From the IMG/VR virus record IMGVR_UViG_3300044701_003393: 64,000 bases of DNA; one strand, given 5' to 3'. The notes under the pieces were generated by a model that worked only from the letters and a program-made list of their open reading frames with translations, was not told the DNA's origin and made no database searches. Made by a program: the position numbers and the translations under genes. This stretch comes from an uncultured virus (IMG/VR IMGVR_UViG_3300044701_003393). Taxonomy: Duplodnaviria > Heunggongvirae > Uroviricota > Caudoviricetes. Shown here one piece after another: positions 28,909-37,032 of the stretch; the stretch's first letter is position 1; each line of letters opens with the position of its first letter.

Positions 28909-29634
28909 TTAATTATTTGGAATGTAAATTGGATTTGTATTTAGAAATGGAATGTGCTTCACATCATCATTATGAATTCCCTGATACATTAGATATTTCT
29001 CAGCTTTAATATCAAGAACATCAATCAGGTAAGGAACCGATGTATGTACTGTATGAATTTCTTTTGCATTTTCAAGTACTTTGCAATAGTCAAATAAACA
29101 ATAATTAATATCGTTCTCTACAACTGGAAGATCAAATTCTGGAAATTTAAGAATGTTGTTTTTCTTGAGATCAGTGTTTGCATAACGATTAACGTACACA
29201 TATTCAGAATCATCTTTCAGACCCAATACATCATAATAAAGATAATTTTCTCTTTCTATGTTTCGTGTGAATTTAAATCCTTCAGACCATTTAGTCCAAT
29301 CAAGAAAGAGTTGAAGATACTTTGCGTGCATACACATACACGTTTCAGACTCAGAAATTCCAAAATCATTTTTCCAAAAATGGATCATATCCATTCCAAG
29401 ATAAACAAATTGAGGAGATTGAATAATTCCCATTTGTCCATAATATTCCTTTCCAGGAAAATTATCATTTTGAGAGCAAAAATCAATATCAGTAATATAA
29501 TCTTTAATCCAAAGAATACTTTCTCTTAACGGCCAAATAACTTTGTATCCCATTTCAAGATACTTTCTTGCAACATATTGCAGAAAAAATACATCACCAA
29601 TTCCTGCTGGTTGATTAATTAAACAAATTTTCAT
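28909..29634 (-). CDS. Hypothetical, glycosyltransferase-like
   Basis: QPAGIGD N-terminal motif. Confidence 0.65.
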   Translation of the reverse strand: MKICLINQPAGIGDVFFLQYVARKYLEMGYKVIWPLRESILWIKDYITDIDFCSQNDNFPGKEYYGQMGIIQSPQFVYLGMDMIHFWKNDFGISESETCMCMHAKYLQLFLDWTKWSEGFKFTRNIERENYLYYDVLGLKDDSEYVYVNRYANTDLKKNNILKFPEFDLPVVENDINYCLFDYCKVLENAKEIHTVHTSVPYLIDVLDIKAEKYLMYQGIHNDDVKHIPFLNTNPIYIPNN

Positions 29635-29975
29635 TCAACACCTTTATAAAGTTTTACAGAATCTTCCCTCAAAGTTCTTCCCGTGGAAATTGCATTATCT
29701 ACCATTAGATTCACAGCTTGAACCAAACGTGGTCTTTTAACCTTAAAGCAAATGTCAATTTTCTTTTTTAGTTCTGCTATTTCTGCATCTGTTTTTGCTT
29801 CTTGAATTGCATCTTCCAACATCCACATACGAGTATGAAGAATTGAAAGTTTTTCAATTACTTCCCCAAGATTGTCAGTTTCAATGTATTCAACATCAGG
29901 AAGTTCTCTGCGAGAAAGAACTTCATTAATTGTTTCTTCAATACACTTATCAATCAGTTCTCCGAAATTACTCAT
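29631..29975 (-). CDS. Hypothetical helical protein
   Basis: Likely start MSNFGEL at 29975. Confidence 0.7.
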   Translation of the reverse strand: MSNFGELIDKCIEETINEVLSRRELPDVEYIETDNLGEVIEKLSILHTRMWMLEDAIQEAKTDAEIAELKKKIDICFKVKRPRLVQAVNLMVDNAISTGRTLREDSVKLYKGVE

Positions 29976-29979
29976 AGTT

Positions 29980-30567
29980 TCACTCCACGTATGCAAATAG
30001 TTGATAATCATCGACAACTCGATGAGAAGTATATTCTGGAGCAATTCCAAAATATACGGGGACATATTCAATTTTATAATCTTTATTAATAGAAAAAATT
30101 AAATTTTCCAATTCTTCCTTCTTATCAGAAAAGTAAACTGGAATATCATCGATCACAATTGTGTGATTTTTTATCGGATGATCTTTAATGAGTTGAAGTT
30201 CTTCAAATGTAGGAACTCCACCACCCTCATCATGAGCGTCTAACCAAAAACATGCTTTATCATTCACTGCTTCCAGCATTTTAGGCATACATTCTAATGA
30301 AGTTCCAAGATAAAGATTTACATTATCATTTTTTGCAAACCTATCCATACAATGCTGATATCTATCCTGCATGAACTCACAACTTAGAACATACTCAAAT
30401 CCATGATCCAATGCGTACTGAACTCCATGTCCGAGATGTGTTCCAGTTTCAACAAAATATTTGCATCCAAGTTTAACTCCAAAATCCCTAAACAGAAAAG
30501 CGCAAGTTGGTATATTTTTAGACTCTTTTGCATATACCTTCTTGAAGTATTTGTTTTTATCAAACAT
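29980..30567 (-). CDS. Putative methyltransferase-like protein
   Basis: FVETGTHLG, FWLDAH, IVIDD. Confidence 0.6.
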   Translation of the reverse strand: MFDKNKYFKKVYAKESKNIPTCAFLFRDFGVKLGCKYFVETGTHLGHGVQYALDHGFEYVLSCEFMQDRYQHCMDRFAKNDNVNLYLGTSLECMPKMLEAVNDKACFWLDAHDEGGGVPTFEELQLIKDHPIKNHTIVIDDIPVYFSDKKEELENLIFSINKDYKIEYVPVYFGIAPEYTSHRVVDDYQLFAYVE

Positions 30568-31366
30568 AATAATTCTCCCAAATAAAATCTTCTAAAATTT
30601 CCATCTTTTTAGCACGCTCCAAATTGTCCTGAATTGCATCCATTTTACTATAATAGATTTCTTCAGAAACATCAAACTCTTCACTCAATACAATAATACC
30701 ATCAGTATTAAAATGACTACCAATATCTGGTGCTCCAAGATAAACAGGAATTGTTCCTGTTGCGAAACAATCAAGAAGTTTTTCTGTAAAGTATGTTTCA
30801 TACTGACCGTTCTCAATTGCTACCGAGAACATATAGTCACATAATCCTTCTTCTTTATCAGCAATTTCTTTAAATCCGCGACCATAAAGGTCAACTTGTT
30901 CTCCAATCCTCTCTACCCATTCCAACCTTTTAATATGCCCCTCACACATTCTTTTGTTTGAAGAGATCATTGAAATCATTTTTGATTTCTCATAAATTTT
31001 AGGTTCTTTAATCCAAAATCCCTGAGCGGGAACCCACTTAAACTTATCACCAAGATTTAAAAGTCTCTGATCGTGAGTGAAAATAGTCTCATAAGTATTC
31101 TCAACTAACTCACGATTTTCAATAATACTTTCTACAAGTCCAGGTTTAATGAATTTAGATTCAAGCAACCAAAGATATTTTGGTCCCTTCATTTTATCAT
31201 TAATCCCATTATTAATAGTATCATCGATGTAAAAAGTTCCATCACCACCATCTTGAACCCACTCAATATATTTGGATTCTTTTCCATGAACGGAATATCC
31301 CTTGTTACCATTAGTAAGATGGGTAAAAGTATTACCAACTAAGTTAAACTTTTTTTTCATAATCAA
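30560..31366 (-). CDS. GT10-like (alpha-1,3-fucosyltransferase) protein
   Basis: YMFSVAIEN...YFTEKLLDCFATGTIPVYLG. Confidence 0.8.
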   Translation of the reverse strand: MIMKKKFNLVGNTFTHLTNGNKGYSVHGKESKYIEWVQDGGDGTFYIDDTINNGINDKMKGPKYLWLLESKFIKPGLVESIIENRELVENTYETIFTHDQRLLNLGDKFKWVPAQGFWIKEPKIYEKSKMISMISSNKRMCEGHIKRLEWVERIGEQVDLYGRGFKEIADKEEGLCDYMFSVAIENGQYETYFTEKLLDCFATGTIPVYLGAPDIGSHFNTDGIIVLSEEFDVSEEIYYSKMDAIQDNLERAKKMEILEDFIWENYYV

Positions 31367-32268
31367 TATCCATCAGTAAAATAAAAAAGATCATATGAAA
31401 CATCTGGGTTCATAGACAATGCAGAAAGAAACATATTACTACTACTACCAATAATGAGATCGGTTTTACTGGATAAAATTACATCTAGAAAGGCATTCTG
31501 ATATTCAATTGCATACTCATCATCAGTCATAGATTCCTGATTAGAAGGTCTTCCACCTTTCCAATCAATATCAGTAGAAAGTCTTGGTCTTTCAGCACAA
31601 ATGCACCTATTACCAAAAACACTTTTAAACTCATCAACAAACGGTTGAATCATTGTGGTTAAGAGAACAGCATCATAATCATCTATTTTACTCTTAACTG
31701 AGTCGATAGCATGTTCTACAACGTTGGTTATTCCTTGATAATGCCCCGAATGCCTTAGCATAATAGACATTACTTTTTTTCCCTCTATTAGTTTTTCTTC
31801 TTCTTTTGCTTTTTGATTAAAATGATCCAGAAGTTTAAACTTATTCCACTGTCGATTTAAAGCTACTCTTGTTTTGCTAATATTTTCCAGGTCAACATAC
31901 TGCTCTTTTTTACTACCTCTACCATCATATTTTAGAGTATCTTCTGGATAAAATTTTAGTTCAGATTTTATATCTGCAGGATAAGCTTCAAAATAAGTAA
32001 ACTCTTTTGGATATTCTTTTACCATATACTCATTTGGTTCAAAAAAATCAAAAAGAACGTTTTTTTCCAAAACCTCATCAAAATTATTTACTTCAGAAGA
32101 CTTCAACCACCTATAGTTTGAATAGCTGCTACCGGGGTAATGAGTTTTATTTCTTGTGTGAAGTGAAAGATTTATTTCTCCATCTGATCTTTCTGCGGTT
32201 TCCATCCATGCAAGTTGCAGAAGAAATCCACTAAAAACTCCCGCACAATTTCCAGCAATTACATTCAT
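31363..32268 (-). CDS. Hypothetical, NodZ/O-fucosyltransferase-like
   Basis: AGVFS N-terminus; LDVILSSKTDLIIGSSSN. Confidence 0.55.
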   Translation of the reverse strand: MNVIAGNCAGVFSGFLLQLAWMETAERSDGEINLSLHTRNKTHYPGSSYSNYRWLKSSEVNNFDEVLEKNVLFDFFEPNEYMVKEYPKEFTYFEAYPADIKSELKFYPEDTLKYDGRGSKKEQYVDLENISKTRVALNRQWNKFKLLDHFNQKAKEEEKLIEGKKVMSIMLRHSGHYQGITNVVEHAIDSVKSKIDDYDAVLLTTMIQPFVDEFKSVFGNRCICAERPRLSTDIDWKGGRPSNQESMTDDEYAIEYQNAFLDVILSSKTDLIIGSSSNMFLSALSMNPDVSYDLFYFTDGY

Positions 32269-32301
32269 CGAAAATAACTAAACGCCATCTATATATGATA
32301 C

Positions 32302-32328
32302 AAAAAAAGGAGGTTGTTGTCAACCTCC
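32302..32328 (-). terminator. Terminator overlapping a sigma70 promoter for the glycan island
   Basis: GGAGGTTG-ACAA-CAACCTCC-T7; contains TTGACA-17-TATCAT. Confidence 0.7.
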
Positions 32329-32339
32329 AATAATTAATT

Positions 32340-32436
32340 CAGGCTCGCCACCAATTCTTTAACTGGAAATTGGAAACCAGGCGGAGAAAGAATTCCCCAT
32401 CCGCACCACCAATTCTTGAGAGAAATTGGAAACTCA
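32340..32436 (-). ncRNA. manA/wcaG-like cyanophage structured RNA, 3' modules
   Basis: Two repeated GTTTCCAATTTC...AAGAATTGGTGGYG modules around a GCGGA...TCCGC hairpin; family recalled, not searched. Confidence 0.65.
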
Positions 32437-32631
32437 GAAAGACATTTTTTTAGAAAGTCTCTCAATAAGATTATTAACCTTTGCTTCTAAAGCAGAAAGT
32501 CTATCTTCATCAATATTATCTGAACTAGAATCGCTGAACTTTTCTTCAAGATTTTGAAGACGAGTCTCAACACTTTTATCGTATTCGGACATATAAGGTT
32601 TATCCGAAGATGTTGATTTTTTAACTGTCAT
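32434..32631 (-). CDS. Hypothetical coiled-coil protein
   Basis: 65-aa ORF. Confidence 0.65.
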   Translation of the reverse strand: MTVKKSTSSDKPYMSEYDKSVETRLQNLEEKFSDSSSDNIDEDRLSALEAKVNNLIERLSKKMSF

Positions 32632-32697
32632 TTTTATTAGTAAAAAACTCTCAATTTATTTAGTTTTAAGGGGTCGTGTTGACTCCACCACTTAGTT

Positions 32698-32925
32698 TTA
32701 TGAAACTAAGAAAAGTTGGGATAACTTTGATATTTCGGAGATACCAAAGAAAGCGCATAAGAATAGCACATCCCAAAGTTTAAGTTTAATTGCAAAAGGT
32801 ACTGTGAGTAATCCCCCAACAACTTTTAACATTAAACCATATTTAAAATCTCCCCATAACATAGTTTGATAACCAATAATGAGAAGAAGATTACCAAGAT
32901 ATCGTAAGATACTTGTTTTTGACAT
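32698..32925 (-). CDS. Small membrane protein
   Basis: 75 aa with three hydrophobic segments. Confidence 0.7.
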   Translation of the reverse strand: MSKTSILRYLGNLLLIIGYQTMLWGDFKYGLMLKVVGGLLTVPFAIKLKLWDVLFLCAFFGISEISKLSQLFLVS

Positions 32926-32972
32926 TAGGGGTTTGCTCCCGACCAGTGCTGTTAAAGTCCATCCGTGACTAT

Positions 32973-33206
32973 TTAATCATCATCCCTTACATAACAAGGA
33001 ACTCTATCTGGATCTAACCATTTCGCATACTCAATGTCTTCCATAGCGGTAGTACATTGAAGACCATTATCAAAAAGATAAATGTCGTTCCAGCGTTTGG
33101 TATAGTAATTTTGTTTCTGTAAACGATAATCAGGTTTACCGTTGATTTCAAGGATACCTGCTTCCACGAAGCGATATCCTTCACGTTCCAGAAGAACTTT
33201 TGTCAT
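32973..33206 (-). CDS. Hypothetical protein
   Basis: 77-aa ORF, ATGA-coupled. Confidence 0.75.
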   Translation of the reverse strand: MTKVLLEREGYRFVEAGILEINGKPDYRLQKQNYYTKRWNDIYLFDNGLQCTTAMEDIEYAKWLDPDRVPCYVRDDD

Positions 33207-33469
33207 GCAACTTCAACGGATTCAAGATCGGCAAGAACATATTCCATAAGCATTTCATAATCATCCAGAGGATCACCCGAGAACACTACACCTTCGTTTT
33301 CATAGTAACGGCGAACCTTTTTGTAGAGTTTCGGATTCTTTACATCAAGGTAGAAATCACCATTTGCTGCACCGCGAAGGGTTTGAACGTCTTTCTTGAA
33401 TTTAGAAGTGAGAGTCATTGTTTTGATTGTTGACCTTGTTATTATAGAGTGTTGATGTTTGAAAGTCAA
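33203..33469 (-). CDS. Hypothetical protein; true start probably internal (MTLTSKF)
   Basis: ORF track. Confidence 0.7.
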   Translation of the reverse strand: MTFKHQHSIITRSTIKTMTLTSKFKKDVQTLRGAANGDFYLDVKNPKLYKKVRRYYENEGVVFSGDPLDDYEMLMEYVLADLESVEVA

Positions 33470-33494
33470 GTAGGACGCTTTGGGAAGTGTCTGA

Positions 33495-33567
33495 TGCTGG
33501 TTGTCGGGATCGAACCGACCTATCTTGCCTTATGAGGGCAGTGCTTTCGCCAGAGAGCTAAACCAGC
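33495..33567 (-). tRNA. tRNA with CAT anticodon (Met or Ile2)
   Basis: GCTGGTT...AACCAGC-A cloverleaf; loop CT-CAT-AA; GGTTCGATCC T arm. Confidence 0.88.
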
Positions 33568-33977
33568 GTTTGTAAAAACTCTCCCCAACTATCACCATAA
33601 TGTAATATATGATGGCAGTTATGACAAAGAAGATCACATTTATCTACTTCTTCTTTGATAGTGTCCCATTTCCTATTAGCAAAAGATCTTCCATCAAGTT
33701 TTAATTCTTTTTGAGAAGGATCTCTATGATGAAAGCATAGAGTTGCTGGCCTATCTTCACCACAAGTTTGACACTTAGCACCTTTATATTGAAGTGCTTT
33801 CCATTTATTGGAATATGCACGTTCTTTTTGTTCAGTATAAGTGTTTCTGTTCATAACACAAGGATCATTTCTATATCTCCATTTCATTCGGCAAGTTTCA
33901 TTACAATAGAGTTTTGCTCTTCCACCTTTTCGTGGATGTTGTTCAACTTCTTTACCGCAGGATTTACAGATAATCAT
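33558..33977 (-). mobile_element. HNH-type homing endonuclease in the tRNA region
   Basis: CQTCG...CFHHRDP...CDLLCHNCH; TATAAATA late promoter at 34004-34011. Confidence 0.75.
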
Positions 33978-34176
33978 TTTGGTTATGAACGTATACATAC
34001 ACCTATTTATAATAAATGTATGTTGGAGGAGAGATCCATACAGTGAAACAGAAGCGCAATACAAGTCATAGGTCTGTTTCGCACCGACTTGCAGCTGGGG
34101 TTTTTCACTCTCCTTTTTTCAAGTAGGTTTTCTGTTGCTTATCCTAAAAAACCCACTACAAAATGGATAAGCAAAG

Positions 34177-34248
34177 TAGGACTGCTGAGACTTGAACTCA
34201 GTTCACACCGTTATAAGCAGTGGGCCTTAACCCATAGGCGACAGTCCC
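34177..34248 (-). tRNA. tRNA-Ile (TAT)
   Basis: CACTG-CT-TAT-AA-CGGTG anticodon arm; full cloverleaf. Confidence 0.9.
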
Positions 34249-34287
34249 TTAAGACCAGATCTATAGTAGCGGACCTGGAACGCTCTG

Positions 34288-34521
34288 TCAAGACCCTTCT
34301 TCGTGGTCTGTGTGAATCTTGACTATCTCTTCAAGATCCACATTTGCTTCGTTACATATACTAACCACTTCTTTGTAAGGAACCATTACTGCATTTCCGT
34401 GTTGACTTTTGATGAGTAGTGTCTCACCGCTTTCTACTCTATTCATAAGGTTATCAAAATCTGCTTGAAACTCTTCAATTGTAAAGGATGGAAGTTTTTC
34501 GATTTCTGGATTCATTTTCAT
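34288..34521 (-). CDS. Hypothetical protein (Phd-like N-terminus)
   Basis: FTIEEFQADFDNLMNRVESGE...IK. Confidence 0.6.
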   Translation of the reverse strand: MKMNPEIEKLPSFTIEEFQADFDNLMNRVESGETLLIKSQHGNAVMVPYKEVVSICNEANVDLEEIVKIHTDHEEGS

Positions 34522-34537
34522 AAAGTGATTTTATGAG

Positions 34538-34611
34538 TCCGAGTTGCAGGATTCGAACCTGCGACCCTCTGCTCCCAAAGCAGATGCGCTACCAAACTGC
34601 GCTAAACCCGG
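34538..34611 (-). tRNA. tRNA-Pro (TGG)
   Basis: TCTGC-TT-TGG-GA-GCAGA anticodon arm. Confidence 0.92.
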
Positions 34612-34728
34612 TTACTTGTCTCTATGTATAAACATAATACCAGCAAATGGTACGATTGTCAACCCGCACCCGCAGAGAAAAAGAAAAAATGGATTTGCTG
34701 CGAGTGCTTCTACGATATGGAAAATCAT
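34612..34728 (-). CDS. Small TM protein, 38 aa; one of several tiny ORFs at 34612-35260
   Basis: MIFHIVEALAANPFFLFLCGCGLTIVPFAGIMFIHRDK. Confidence 0.5.
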   Translation of the reverse strand: MIFHIVEALAANPFFLFLCGCGLTIVPFAGIMFIHRDK

Positions 34729-34910
34729 TTTATATATGCGTGATCTAGGGACCAAATGATTAACAATCCTATTATACCAAAGATTGTGAGTGCTGTATAG
34801 ATGCGGTCATTCATCGTCTTCGTCCTCGTATGTAGAAGGTTCTTCAAAAAGTTCATTCATCTTTTGTTGTAAAACTCTTTTTAGTAGTTCTTCTAAATCT
34901 TCTTCTGACA

Positions 34911-35114
34911 TTAGTTTAACGTGATCTTAAGCCAAGGTAAGAGTGGGGGAATAATACCAATCAGTCTCAGTAGTCCCTCAGCAAATAAAGCAAGAACCAC
35001 CCAACCGACGCACATACTAATGATAGAAGCATTACGGTTGTGTCGTCGTATTGCTGCATCAATCATCTCCTGAACTTCTGAACGAGTAATAAATTCGTCT
35101 TGAGGTTCCATCAC
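34911..35114 (-). CDS. Small membrane protein
   Basis: 67 aa with one TM helix. Confidence 0.7.
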   Translation of the reverse strand: MMEPQDEFITRSEVQEMIDAAIRRHNRNASIISMCVGWVVLALFAEGLLRLIGIIPPLLPWLKITLN

Positions 35115-35372
35115 TTCTCATCTCCAAGAAATTTTGCAAGAGGATCTCTACGGGTTTTAACTATCTCAACTGCTCTTTTATAGAACATATTATCAGTGTT
35201 ACCAGAAGCCTCAAAAGTTTCTTTGATCTTCACCCAATTATCATAGGTGCGTTGATCCATTTTTCTAGTTCGTATTACTACTATATACTAGTTCTGGACT
35301 TTTGAACGTCAACGATTTGTGTTCAAAGAGTAACACTGTTGAAGAGAATCTTAAATTTTTAATGCTTCTTAA

Positions 35373-35457
35373 CGGAAAGGGTGGGATTCGAACCCACGGA
35401 TGCTTTCACATCGCCAGTTTTCAAGACTGGAGCCTTCAACCACTCGACCACCTTTCC
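35373..35457 (-). tRNA. tRNA-Ser (TGA)
   Basis: CCAGT-CT-TGA-AA-ACTGG; long variable arm. Confidence 0.93.
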
Positions 35458-35469
35458 AATATTCAGTTC

Positions 35470-35721
35470 TTAACGAACTTCAAAATCAAGACGCCTAACT
35501 TTACGCTGGCGACGTGCTTCTTGCCAAGCAATATCTTGAGAAGTCAGCACACCTTTTTTTTGATTTTCTTTTAAAGAGTTTAGCATAACAATGCGAGATA
35601 AGTCAAGTGCCGAAATCTTATCTCCACGAATTGTTGCCATATTCGGACATCCACAAGTAACTGTTTTTGAGTGGTGTCCTGTTAGTTCTCTATTACAATC
35701 TTTGCATCTTATTGATAACAT
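35470..35721 (-). CDS. Hypothetical Zn-ribbon protein
   Basis: CKDC...CGCPN. Confidence 0.7.
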   Translation of the reverse strand: MLSIRCKDCNRELTGHHSKTVTCGCPNMATIRGDKISALDLSRIVMLNSLKENQKKGVLTSQDIAWQEARRQRKVRRLDFEVR

Positions 35722-35736
35722 TGTTCTTCATCCTCA

Positions 35737-36171
35737 TCACTGTAAATGTGATCTTAATTGCCATACAAACTTACCGTGAGATTCCATTAAATCTTGAACT
35801 AGATTAGCAGTTGCATAAGACTTTTGTTGCTCTGCTTCTTCCGAAATCTCTACCATCAACTCACAAAACTTAGTGTTATTATCCAGAAGTTCTTGAAGCA
35901 TATCTTTTGCTCCAGATGAACTTGCTGCCTCTTTAATTTGTGTAACCTCAAGCATTCTTGAAAGAGAACTTAATGGTTTTACATTTAAGTATCTCATATG
36001 TTCGGAGAGTCTGTCAATCTCTTCAAACATCGTTTCATACTGTCCGCCAAAGAGTTGATGTAGTTGAGTAAAATCTTCTCCAACTACATTCCAGTGAAAC
36101 GCCCAAGTTTTATGAAATAAAACAAAAAGTGATGACTGAGCATCACTTAAGAGTTTAAACAGTTTTTCCAT
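35737..36171 (-). CDS. dps: Dps / ferritin-like protein
   Basis: FHWNVVGEDFTQLHQLF, IDRLSEH, HGKFVWQL. Confidence 0.9.
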   Translation of the reverse strand: MEKLFKLLSDAQSSLFVLFHKTWAFHWNVVGEDFTQLHQLFGGQYETMFEEIDRLSEHMRYLNVKPLSSLSRMLEVTQIKEAASSSGAKDMLQELLDNNTKFCELMVEISEEAEQQKSYATANLVQDLMESHGKFVWQLRSHLQ

Positions 36172-36201
36172 TATACTCTTTTTGTATTTATTTATCAAGT
36201 A

Positions 36202-36274
36202 TGCCCGATATAGGTTCCGCCCCTACCGATGCCTGCTTGTAAGGCAGGTCCCTTCACTAGCTGGGTCATCGGGC
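36202..36274 (-). tRNA. tRNA-Val (TAC) with atypical T loop
   Basis: CCTGC-CT-TAC-AA-GCAGG; T loop GGCGGAA. Confidence 0.8.
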
Positions 36275-36280
36275 AAAAGG

Positions 36281-36353
36281 TCCTCTGTCTAGGAATCGAA
36301 CCTAGTTTCCAAGTGCATTGTCTGCCTGTCCTTACCAATAGACTACCAGAGGA
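36281..36353 (-). ncRNA. tRNA-like RNA with a non-canonical anticodon arm
   Basis: TCCTCTG/CAGAGGA acceptor, D loop TGGTAA, CTAGG-TTCGATT-CCTAG T arm; no 5-bp/7-nt anticodon arm. Confidence 0.65.
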
Positions 36354-36588
36354 TGTGGTAGGTGTTGGGGACTTTACCTATGTCCCCACTCTTTACATTC
36401 ACCCAAGCACCAGTTTAAACATCGACCTGGGGAGAGGTTTTGGCACCTACGAAGGTTTCCAATAGCCGTTCTTATCTCCCATAAGGAAGATGTAGGTATC
36501 GAACCTACAAAGGACAGTCCCTAACGGAACTGCTGGGAATTCCACCCAGAACCAATATGAAAGAATCGGACATTTCCAACCCTTTCAA

Positions 36589-36660
36589 CTCCACAACCTG
36601 GATTCGAACCAGGGACCAAAAGATTAACAGTCTTCTGCGCTACCGCTGCGCCATTGTGGA
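36589..36660 (-). tRNA. tRNA-Asn (GTT)
   Basis: GAAGA-CT-GTT-AA-TCTTT. Confidence 0.92.
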
Positions 36661-36680
36661 ATAAGAACCCGAAGGTTCAG

Positions 36681-36751
36681 AGCGGGTAACCGGAATCGAA
36701 CCGGTGACTCCAACTTGGAAGGATGGCATTTTACCCCTAAACTATACCCGC
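36681..36751 (-). tRNA. tRNA-Gly (TCC)
   Basis: GCGGGTA acceptor; CT-TCC-AA loop. Confidence 0.92.
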
Positions 36752-36791
36752 TTATGAGACAATCATAAACCTTTTGAGTTTGATTGTCAAG

Positions 36792-36876
36792 TGCCCGAAA
36801 CAGGATTTGAACCTGTAAGCCGTCGTAGGGCGATAGGACCTAAACCTATTGCGTTTGCCAATTCCGCCATTCGGGC
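36792..36876 (-). tRNA. tRNA-Leu (TAG)
   Basis: ATAGG-TT-TAG-GT-CCTAT; variable arm. Confidence 0.92.
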
Positions 36877-36960
36877 AAGATGGAGTAAGTGTGATATACC
36901 TCATAAGGATATAACAGAGACTTACTCTCTATTACTTTTATATATGGAGATAAACTCCAA

Positions 36961-37032
36961 CAGGCTCACCTGGAATCGAACCAGGGACATTCGCTTAGAA
37001 GGCGAAGGTTATATCCGCTTAACTATGAGCCC
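36961..37032 (-). tRNA. tRNA-Arg (TCT)
   Basis: TTCGC-CT-TCT-AA-GCGAA. Confidence 0.92.

Noticed and set aside
34120..34176. HDV-like (theta) ribozyme after tRNA-Ile
   Set aside because: The position fits, but no P3/L3 or P1.1 element is visible; kept as an unassigned pseudoknot.
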